Notes under the pieces: generated by a model
Database searches by the model: none
The model's input: the letters and a program-made list of their open reading frames with translations, nothing else
Told to the model about the DNA's origin: nothing
Assembly (NCBI GenBank): GCA_964394405.1
Contig: CAYMVY010000002.1
Coordinates: 128,092 to 192,091 of the forward strand
DNA from: an uncultured Gammaproteobacteria bacterium
GTDB taxonomy: Bacteria > Patescibacteriota > Patescibacteriia > Magasanikbacterales > UBA922
Length of the DNA stretch: 64,000 nucleotides
Reading direction: 5' to 3'
Shown: positions 56,924 through 64,000 of the stretch, piece after piece
Position numbering within the stretch: the first letter of the stretch is position 1
Layout: the number at the start of each line of letters is the position of its first letter
Position numbers and translations under genes: made by a program

Positions 56924-57247
56924 ATGATTCGGGCAAAGGACATTGAAAAAAAACGTAAGATATTCAGCGAATCAGATACTAGTATGGTAGCTGGATTCAA
57001 GGTACTGAGCGACATCAATCGCTACAGGATTTTCCGCATACTCGCCGAACAGCCTCGACTTTCAGTGAGCAATATTGCAAAAATTTTGGACATTTCCCTA
57101 CCCTTAGCTTCCCAACATATCAAAGTCCTAACCCATGCAAAATTATTGCAGAAAGAGCGTGAGGGGAAGAAAGTTTTTCCAAAACTAGAACACACCAACC
57201 CATTCGTTCAAGCAATCGTTGCTACTATTCAACAAGTTCTAAAATAA
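56924..57247 (+). CDS. ArsR/SmtB-family HTH transcriptional regulator (no metal-binding Cys)
   Basis: 107 aa. LSDINRYRIFRILAEQP...VSNIAKILDISLPLASQHIKVL winged helix. Inverted repeats in the upstream AT-rich region may be its operator. Confidence 0.8.
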   Translation: MIRAKDIEKKRKIFSESDTSMVAGFKVLSDINRYRIFRILAEQPRLSVSNIAKILDISLPLASQHIKVLTHAKLLQKEREGKKVFPKLEHTNPFVQAIVATIQQVLK

Positions 57248-57606
57248 CCCTTTCTTATTCAATCTTAACATTCCACTCCTTGCCTAGAACAACTAGGTTA
57301 ATAACCGATGGGATACGAAAGTGTACTGGCCTGCTTACAAATGACCAGAAAAGAAAGGATAACAAAATATTCAACAGACCATAAATACATACTCATATGA
57401 ACTATACTACAAATAATACTGAAACCACCAAAGATACTACCAAAGAAAACATAGCAACTGGAGTATCTCTCGGCGTAAAAGATGCAGATAAAGAAAAAAA
57501 AGATGAGGGAAAAACTGACACTCAGAAAGAGGAAAATCGAACAAAATAACCCCACGCACAGTACTCACCTGTAGTGTACGCACTATCCCCGGTAACACAT
57601 CCCTCT

Positions 57607-58110
57607 ATGAACTCCAACCTACTCTTGGGCGCAATAACTGTCCCGATCCTCACTATGGGGGTCGGGTGTACAGTTCAAAATATCGACAACCAAATACATT
57701 CCAACTACGACAGCTCGTACACCACATACGCCACGTCTACTGAAGTGAGTTCGAGCGGTACGCTGCCGATATCATTCGTCATAGAGCCTGGGGTGCAGGT
57801 GGTACAAATTGACTCTGGTCCACCACTTATCACGACAGAGAATTATGGGACAGCTTTGAGTTTGTATGAAAAAAGTGGTATGCGCTTTGGATTTACCAAC
57901 TGCTCAAGTAATTTAAAGTCACTTATCACCCGGCCAGATATTAATTTTATGATCGATAATCGAGATAATAAAAGCCACACTATTGGAATCGGTGATAACA
58001 CATACACATTCGCTCCCTATGATTTTGCCATTGTTAAGATTAAAAAGGTAGGAAACTTCACAATAACTTGCGATGATAATGAAGTTGCCTATATTCAAAC
58101 AAAAAAATAA
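57607..58110 (+). CDS. Hypothetical secreted protein / possible lipoprotein
   Basis: From MNSNLLLGAITVPILTMGVGC (signal-like with Cys). GC declines through the ORF. No domain recognised. Confidence 0.4.
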   Translation: MNSNLLLGAITVPILTMGVGCTVQNIDNQIHSNYDSSYTTYATSTEVSSSGTLPISFVIEPGVQVVQIDSGPPLITTENYGTALSLYEKSGMRFGFTNCSSNLKSLITRPDINFMIDNRDNKSHTIGIGDNTYTFAPYDFAIVKIKKVGNFTITCDDNEVAYIQTKK

Positions 58111-58307
58111 CATCACTCGAATCTTATGACTAATAAAAACCCCGATGAAGATGCGGAAAACAAAAAGTACAACTTACAAGAATACTACGAAATAGGTAAA
58201 CGGATGGTCGAAGAAGATCTTAAACAAAGTTTTATCGAACAAAATAACGACAATAATCAAAAAAAATAAACTATCTTTTTATTCATCACACTAAATATAT
58301 TACTCAT

Positions 58308-58457
58308 ATGCTATGGACTATTGCTATTATCTTGATTGTTCTATGGTTACTCGGTCTACTTACATCTTACACACTTGGAGGCTTCATTCATATTCTACTC
58401 GTGATTGCGGTCATTATAGTACTAGTGAGACTAATTCGAGGTGAAAAAATAATCTAG
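58308..58457 (+). CDS. lmo0937-family small membrane protein (49 aa)
   Basis: MLWTIAIILIVLWLLGLLTSYTLGGFIHILLVIAVIIVLVRLIRGEKII. Closely resembles the widespread approx. 50-aa lmo0937-family small membrane proteins. Not in the ORF track (under 60 aa). Confidence 0.5.
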   Translation: MLWTIAIILIVLWLLGLLTSYTLGGFIHILLVIAVIIVLVRLIRGEKII

Positions 58458-58501
58458 ACTTACGTTAGAAGAGAAAATATCTATTATTAACAACAACCCC
58501 T

Positions 58502-58846
58502 ATGGACTCACATAATTCCCCTACTACCAAACCCTTATATCGTGGAACCCAGATTGTTTGGTATCTGGTCGGCATCATCGAAGTATTGCTCGGATTTCGA
58601 TTCATATTGAAACTCATGGGCGCCAACTCTACAGCAGGATTCACCAACTTCATATACATGATCACCAAACCCCTTACAATACCCTTTTCACGCGTATTCG
58701 GTGTAAGTCAGATCGAGGGTAGTTTGTTTGAGTGGACCACCTTACTAGCCATGGTAGTATACGTACTTCTTGGCTGGGGCATTATCAGACTATTCTTGAT
58801 GGGCAAAACTGTTTCGACTTCAGAGGCAGCGGAAAAACTTACATAA
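58502..58846 (+). CDS. Hypothetical two-TM membrane protein (possibly YggT-like)
   Basis: 114 aa, two hydrophobic helices. Family assignment uncertain. Confidence 0.4.
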   Translation: MDSHNSPTTKPLYRGTQIVWYLVGIIEVLLGFRFILKLMGANSTAGFTNFIYMITKPLTIPFSRVFGVSQIEGSLFEWTTLLAMVVYVLLGWGIIRLFLMGKTVSTSEAAEKLT

Positions 58847-58957
58847 AATTCAAAAATATAGAAATAGAAACAGTACGAGTATTTTCAGAAGAACAGACCA
58901 ATCAGTCTGTTCTTCCATTAAGTACCTGTAGACTGACTGCATTACTACAACACAATA

Positions 58958-60691
58958 TTGCATATGTATATGCACAATACACAATATCTACAATTAGTAC
59001 GTACTCATTTGAAGCCTATACTTATAGTAGTTACTCTAATTGTAGTTACCGTACTCTATGGGTGTGTATATTACAGAAATATACACACCAATCTTTCACA
59101 AGATCCTACACCAGATGAATTTTGGTTACATTTTCCAGGAGCAGAAAGTACCTCTAGCGGTATTCACTTCAAACCATTAGGTCGTGTCATTATTCACCAA
59201 GATGGTTCGGCAGGACAACCACATCCGCCAGTGAATTTGGCCGGTTCACATGTTGAGGTCACTGGTGATTTTAGAGTTACAGCGACACTAGTAGATATAG
59301 ACAAGCAGGCATCTCTCCGACTCTATGCCGGAGTTCCGATTGTTTATGATCAATGGCGGTATGAAACTCCCAGCGTCTCTATTGATGTGGAACAAAATCT
59401 GATTACGATGCGCGTCTGGGATGGTAGCTCATCTCATTCTATAGACATGAGAACCTATCCTGTTTCTCTTGGATCACAAACAACGATTTCTATAGAACAT
59501 ATACATGATCACATAAATATCGTTTTAAACAATCGACTATTGGGAAGTATTCCTGATCACGATATTTTTGAGAGCGGAAATATATGGTTTGGAGCAGATA
59601 GTCCGGAACTAAGCACTGGCTGGACACTCATTGCATTCAATGTACGTCCAGTTGGAAATGGAAGTGTTGAAATTATACCTGCCCCATCATTAGTTATAGA
59701 TCATGATGAAGAGAGTAGTTTGCGTAATTTAGCCGATATACATCCCCGGAAACTAAAAATTGGCGCGGCTATTGCCGTAGGTCCACTGGTTACACATGAA
59801 TCATATAGAATAGTAGCCCTGGGTCAGTTTAGTATGATGACACCTGAAAATAGTATGAAACCTCAATTTATTCACCCCCAACCTGATGTATATGTATTTG
59901 AAGAAGCAGATCAACTCGTTCTTGCTGCTGAAAAGAATGTGATGATGGTACATGGACACACATTACTGTACGATAAAAGCACTCCTCAGTGGATGATAGA
60001 CACTCCTGAATCACAACGAAAAGAAGTAATGCTCGACCACATTGAACATATTGTTGAACACTACAAAGGAAAAGTGTCAGGGTGGGATGTGGTCAATGAA
60101 CCGTTGTCCAAAAAACACGCTCTGTATGCAGATGGAGGTACTGGATTAGAACCAAATATCTGGTTTGAAGCCATGGGAGAAGAATATATCGACCTCGCAT
60201 TTGCTGCAGCGCACCAAGCTGACCCTTCGGCACAATTGTATTTGAATGATTTTGGTCTTGAGCGTGATGGAGAACGGTGGGATGCTCTGCTCCGCCTCGT
60301 CAAAAGACTGATACACAGAGGCGTACCTATCCATGGAGTTGGCTTTCAATCACATATCTATTCTGATGGTGACTATATTGATGCTAACGAACTCACCAAA
60401 CATATGGAGATATTAGCAACACTCGGACTCTCCACTCGTATATCAGAAATAGATGTAACCGGAGACGATCCTGATGAACAAATCAATCAATATGTGATAG
60501 CGCTGGACGTCTGTCTTCAGGCATCTAATTGTACCTCGTACACTACCTGGGGCATCACCGACCTCTATGGTTCTACCACCCGGTCTGACCGGTATCCACT
60601 GGTCTATGGTACCAGTTTGCTATGGGACACTGATATGAAAACTAAACCTGCCTATGGCGCACTGCAAAATAGACTTCAAGTGGTTGATTGA
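58958..60691 (+). CDS. Glycoside hydrolase family 10 (endo-1,4-beta-xylanase-like) with N-terminal TM and about 250-aa unknown beta-rich domain
   Basis: 577 aa. GH10 acid/base WDVVNEP and nucleophile ISEIDV (ITELD-type), plus HGHTLLY. Confidence 0.8.
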   Translation: MHMYMHNTQYLQLVRTHLKPILIVVTLIVVTVLYGCVYYRNIHTNLSQDPTPDEFWLHFPGAESTSSGIHFKPLGRVIIHQDGSAGQPHPPVNLAGSHVEVTGDFRVTATLVDIDKQASLRLYAGVPIVYDQWRYETPSVSIDVEQNLITMRVWDGSSSHSIDMRTYPVSLGSQTTISIEHIHDHINIVLNNRLLGSIPDHDIFESGNIWFGADSPELSTGWTLIAFNVRPVGNGSVEIIPAPSLVIDHDEESSLRNLADIHPRKLKIGAAIAVGPLVTHESYRIVALGQFSMMTPENSMKPQFIHPQPDVYVFEEADQLVLAAEKNVMMVHGHTLLYDKSTPQWMIDTPESQRKEVMLDHIEHIVEHYKGKVSGWDVVNEPLSKKHALYADGGTGLEPNIWFEAMGEEYIDLAFAAAHQADPSAQLYLNDFGLERDGERWDALLRLVKRLIHRGVPIHGVGFQSHIYSDGDYIDANELTKHMEILATLGLSTRISEIDVTGDDPDEQINQYVIALDVCLQASNCTSYTTWGITDLYGSTTRSDRYPLVYGTSLLWDTDMKTKPAYGALQNRLQVVD

Positions 60692-60781
60692 TCCGAGATA
60701 CAAAATAAAAGTACAAGTGTATAGGACGAGTTTTATCAACAAAAAAATAATACAATGATTCTCAGCTCAGTCAGGATTATT

Positions 60782-61102
60782 TTATTTGTCTAAAATAATT
60801 GCGTGAATAATCCCCCGGACTAACGGATTTTCCATATTAAGCTTCGAATACACAATATTCCCCACCTTCTCCTTGCAAATCAACTTTGCCTGAAATAATA
60901 CTTTGAGATGTATTGATGTAAGTGGTGTTGAGATATGTAAAATTTTAGCCAGACTACTTACCGCAATTTTGGGATGTTCCGCTAAAATACGAAAAATGCG
61001 ATAACGATTGACGTCACTCAAAGCTTTAAAAACTGACGCAGAGTTATAATCGTTGTCGTTATTTAATTTACGAATTTTTTTTATAACCTTTTCTTCTAAC
61101 AT
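60782..61102 (-). CDS. ArsR/SmtB-family HTH regulator (paralog of 56924-57247)
   Basis: 106 aa. The same LSDVNRYRIFRILAEHP...LAKILHISTPLTSIHLKVL core. No CxC metal site. Confidence 0.75.
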   Translation of the reverse strand: MLEEKVIKKIRKLNNDNDYNSASVFKALSDVNRYRIFRILAEHPKIAVSSLAKILHISTPLTSIHLKVLFQAKLICKEKVGNIVYSKLNMENPLVRGIIHAIILDK

Positions 61103-61115
61103 ACTGAAAAATGGC

Positions 61116-61742
61116 TTATGATTTCTTGTATTTATCCAGGTCCCGCTTTAGTTTTTCCATTTCTTTTTTTAAATTTTCCATTTCTTTTTCTCTGATCAAC
61201 ATGATTTGATTCACTTTTTCCAAATCTTTTACCCGTACTTCGAGTTCTGCAGTGCGCCTGCTCACCTCTAAGCTAAGTTTTTTTGAGTATTCCTTCAGCT
61301 GTTCCTCTAGTTGTACTTGCCTGGTAATATCCTCCATTGCCAAGAGAATGATAGGCTGTACTTGAGTGTCTGTGTACACACGGCGAGCATTGAGGATCAT
61401 GATGCGGTGACCAATTTTCAAAAAATTATGATCAACTTTAAAATCCTCAAAAAAGCTATTTTTGGGCAAAATATCTTCTAACAAAATTTTTAATTTTGGA
61501 ATATTCCACTGTCCATTTCCCAATTTATAGACAAGCTTCCCTTCTGTCTTTTTTACCTCTGTTTGAAACACACTATAAAAAGTTCTATTCGCGGACAACA
61601 CTTTGAGATCTTTATCCAGAACCAAAAAAGGCTCGCGGACTGTATCAACCACTGTTTTGATATACGTCCAAGCAACGTTCCATAGTTCATCAGCGTTAAT
61701 GTTACCACCCCCTCGCATCGATTCGGCTTTTGTGACAGTCAT
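61116..61742 (-). CDS. PAS-domain protein with C-terminal coiled coil
   Basis: 208 aa. PAS-like fold region (VVDTVREPFLVLDKDLKVLSANRTFYSVFQ ...) followed by a Lys/Glu-rich heptad coiled coil. Co-oriented with, and 13 nt from, the ArsR gene. Confidence 0.6.
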   Translation of the reverse strand: MTVTKAESMRGGGNINADELWNVAWTYIKTVVDTVREPFLVLDKDLKVLSANRTFYSVFQTEVKKTEGKLVYKLGNGQWNIPKLKILLEDILPKNSFFEDFKVDHNFLKIGHRIMILNARRVYTDTQVQPIILLAMEDITRQVQLEEQLKEYSKKLSLEVSRRTAELEVRVKDLEKVNQIMLIREKEMENLKKEMEKLKRDLDKYKKS

Positions 61743-61880
61743 ATTGAGTATTTAAAGCATCGTTTAAAGAATCGATACCTATTGCACTATAGCACGGATC
61801 AGCCAGATATACTAGCTCACCCTCTTCCACTGGTTACTTAGGACTTTTGCTGAATTTTTGACTGATACTATCAAATATAC

Positions 61881-63194
61881 CTATTTATGTTCACCAACAA
61901 ACAATTTCCGCTTGAGCCGATCAAAATCGTAGTATGAAGGAAAATATTCTTCAAAAAGCTTCATCGCGGGTTCACCTGCATATTCCTTGCGACGAGACGC
62001 ATACTGCATAGCAAGAATCATTTCTTCAGGCTCCCCTACACAATCAAAGGGTTTAAACCCTTCAATACCAAGGATACGTTTAAAAATAGGCAGCAGGCGC
62101 TTTTTCGCATATAGATCAGCGCCAAAGATATTAACCATTTCTTTTTTTGGCAGAAATGCGGAGAAGCAGGCAAAAAGAAATATACATTTCGGACATCGCT
62201 TACACCAATAATTTGTACGTGACAGACGCTGTATCACACGTGGCTCCCAAAAATAGGTATTGCAACTGGTGAAGTCGTGGAGGTACTGCGGATAGTCGAC
62301 AAAACGCTTTACAATCTCCAATTCACTATATTCCCGCAAAAGTGAGCGCGTGGAGATGTCTGGTGTGATACAGGATTGTATATACTCATTAATCAATTTT
62401 TCTGCCTCCGATGATTTGCACCACTGATGATTCACCGGCAAACCAAGATAATCCAAGTTTCCAAAATCAGCACTGCGCTCGTTTGAGAAAATTATTGAAT
62501 TGTAGCCGAGAAGTTCTGCAAGCAATGTTGCAATGAATGTGAAAGTAGAGACTGACGGGTACGCACCTGAAAATATCATCCACGGATCACGACGTCGATT
62601 GACGTTGATGGTTTTTGCGCCCACCAAATTCGCAATACGGTGGTGCGCCGGCGTGGGATTACAAGAAAAAAAATCGAATGGTGTACCCGATGCTTTTAAT
62701 ATTTCGGCGGAAAGAATAGAATCTTTGCCTGCACCGTTCAATAGAAGCGCACGCGTGGGGCGCTTGAATCGCGTGGCAGTCGGGGCGGTAGTAGAATCAT
62801 CGTACGGAAATGCAATAAGGTTGCGAAAATCAATCTGATTGACATAAAAAAATTCTCCGAGTCCATGCATATACAGCGTGTCCCAAAAATGCGCCTGCTC
62901 GCGTGTGAGTGTAAACCCCTCGATATGCATATTCCTGGTCGGAAATGCCGACCAGTAGTTGATACCAATCATGAGGAGAAGTGCTTGTAGTGTGGGTTCG
63001 AGCACACTCGCGGGTACTGTTCCCCACAATTCTGGAGCTACACCTGGAAACATGAGTCTGTCAGTAAACGTCTTATGTATCCCGAATGTAAATTCAATGT
63101 GATAAGTAAAAGTAATAATTGAATGTTTGGCATCAATCTGGTATGCACCAAACGTAAATGACGACGCGCGTAGTAATTTTGCCTGATGCCGCAT
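61881..63194 (-). CDS. Hypothetical PP-loop-like ATP pyrophosphatase-superfamily protein with C-terminal Cys cluster
   Basis: 437 aa. LLLNGAGKDSILSAE resembles the SGGxDS PP-loop. The C-terminal region has C..C and CKRCPKC. Confidence 0.35.
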   Translation of the reverse strand: MRHQAKLLRASSFTFGAYQIDAKHSIITFTYHIEFTFGIHKTFTDRLMFPGVAPELWGTVPASVLEPTLQALLLMIGINYWSAFPTRNMHIEGFTLTREQAHFWDTLYMHGLGEFFYVNQIDFRNLIAFPYDDSTTAPTATRFKRPTRALLLNGAGKDSILSAEILKASGTPFDFFSCNPTPAHHRIANLVGAKTINVNRRRDPWMIFSGAYPSVSTFTFIATLLAELLGYNSIIFSNERSADFGNLDYLGLPVNHQWCKSSEAEKLINEYIQSCITPDISTRSLLREYSELEIVKRFVDYPQYLHDFTSCNTYFWEPRVIQRLSRTNYWCKRCPKCIFLFACFSAFLPKKEMVNIFGADLYAKKRLLPIFKRILGIEGFKPFDCVGEPEEMILAMQYASRRKEYAGEPAMKLFEEYFPSYYDFDRLKRKLFVGEHK

Positions 63195-63222
63195 ATGTTG
63201 GTTTTCTATATTGTATTGAAGT

Positions 63223-63930
63223 TTATTTTATGGAAAACAATTTGGTGATGGATATCTTTTTTGGTTTTACTGAAAAGTCGAACCAACAAATAATTACACT
63301 CACAATTGCGGCGAAAAAACACCAGACTGAGGTAAAATTTACCAGATAGAGCTTCCATGCGACCAGCGCCAATATCCAGAATACAAAATACAAAAATTTC
63401 ACATTACGATTGCTCGAGATAAGTCCTGCAACAATAGTAGTAAGCCCATACGCTACGATTGCGAGTGTGCCAAATGAGGTCGTGTAGTCATAGTATATAC
63501 AACTATTCACGACAGTGGCTGGCGCTGGGCGCATAATAAATGCTCCATAGAGCGCAATACCCAACATAATTCCAGCTCCAGACAACCACATAAGTATCTG
63601 CTTCCGCCGAGGATTGTTCTCGAGTGCATAGACGCTCAATGGTACATACGCAGGCCACCAGAAGAGCGCAAAAAAGAGAAATAAATAGGTGAAAAGAAGG
63701 GTGTAGTCCCCGCTTCCCTCTATATTCAGCCACAACATCCCTTCGATTACTTGCTGAATAGCAAAAATAAGGGGAATAATTGCAATCGGCAAAGCCTTTT
63801 TGACTTTGTGATTTTTGATGACTGCGGCAGTGCCAGCCACAGAGAGGAGAGCTGCTGCGGTAAAGCTGGCTGCTGGAGAAAAACACATAACGTGTAAATT
63901 AGTGTGGAAAGTATAGCATGGAATAAACAA
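63223..63930 (-). CDS. Hypothetical polytopic membrane protein
   Basis: 235 aa, about seven TM helices. Confidence 0.45.
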   Translation of the reverse strand: MFIPCYTFHTNLHVMCFSPAASFTAAALLSVAGTAAVIKNHKVKKALPIAIIPLIFAIQQVIEGMLWLNIEGSGDYTLLFTYLFLFFALFWWPAYVPLSVYALENNPRRKQILMWLSGAGIMLGIALYGAFIMRPAPATVVNSCIYYDYTTSFGTLAIVAYGLTTIVAGLISSNRNVKFLYFVFWILALVAWKLYLVNFTSVWCFFAAIVSVIICWFDFSVKPKKISITKLFSIK

Positions 63931-63932
63931 AT

Positions 63933-63964
63933 AAAAAATCCTGAGTATGTATCAGGATTTTTTA
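63933..63964. terminator. Bidirectional terminator hairpin (aaaaaatcctga gtatgta tcaggatttttt)
   Basis: Perfect 12-bp stem with A-run and T-run flanks. Confidence 0.5.
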
Positions 63965-64000
63965 TTAGCTCGGGGACAGGGCGCTGCGCTATTCGAACAT

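Noticed and set aside
57398-57550. 50-aa Thr/Lys-rich plus-strand ORF and a 47-aa ORF at 58127-58270
   Set aside because: No SD and low-complexity composition. Retained only as possibilities.
63965-64000. GC-rich sequence at the window edge containing TTCGAAT (T-loop-like), considered as a partial tRNA
   Set aside because: Flanking sequence does not form a T-stem or acceptor pairing. Too little sequence to call. It could be the start of another high-GC segment.

Overview
This 64 kb window comes from a low-GC (about 38% by eye), gene-dense bacterial genome. The many short, poorly conserved membrane proteins, reduced enzymes such as ProRS without an editing domain and a Walker-motif-degenerate PriA, and compact operons fit a small-genome lineage, possibly CPR/Patescibacteria. 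That lineage call is inference only. Most genes are on the minus strand and are ordinary housekeeping genes: lysS (partial), greA, mrdA-mreD-mreC-mreB, proS, a UvrD-family helicase fused to a Cas4-like nuclease, an ABC exporter, a complete F1Fo ATP synthase operon, tatD, cvpA, metG, rsmI, a large D-Ala-D-Ala carboxypeptidase-domain protein, priA-like and def, tRNA-Asn(GTT), tkt, an aldehyde dehydrogenase, an acetolactate-synthase-like TPP enzyme, mscL, a cupredoxin, capA, an ECF sigma and putative anti-sigma pair, a second greA-like gene, an LCP protein, terC, a CNNM/HlyC-type transporter, two ArsR-family regulators (one paired with a PAS protein), a GH10 glycosidase and a PP-loop-like protein. 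Stop codons include TGA (for example tatD), so the standard bacterial code applies.

The most striking signal is five short islands of sharply elevated GC (roughly 50-60%) with GC3-rich codon usage, at about 12.6-13.8, 30.4-31.1, 45.6-46.0, 48.25-48.9 and 51.17-51.7 kb. Each sits in an intergenic gap between low-GC host genes. Each has its own Shine-Dalgarno sequence and usually one ORF, and each ends in a GC-rich perfect hairpin terminator. One encodes a protein whose C-terminus resembles the RNA polymerase alpha C-terminal domain. One carries a promoter followed by two tiny hydrophobic peptides. One encodes a Cys-rich secreted protein. One has its ribosome-binding site buried in a perfect 10-11 bp hairpin.

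The second main observation is a tandem duplication of the ATP synthase Fo membrane module (atpZ-like, a, c, b). Copy 2 of the c-subunit carries a complete Na+-binding signature (E..ESTxxY), whereas copy 1, contiguous with atpHAGDC, is H+-type.

Other notable points: a PriA homolog with degenerate Walker A and B motifs; a roughly 70-nt palindromic intergenic element in two copies, at the mreB and metG 5' leaders; a family of AT-rich inverted-repeat spacers around tkt, the aldehyde dehydrogenase and the acetolactate-synthase-like gene; two paralogous secreted proteins; and tandem paralogous small membrane proteins.

All calls rest on my reading of the translations and sequence. No database search was possible, and coordinates of small features may be off by a few nucleotides.
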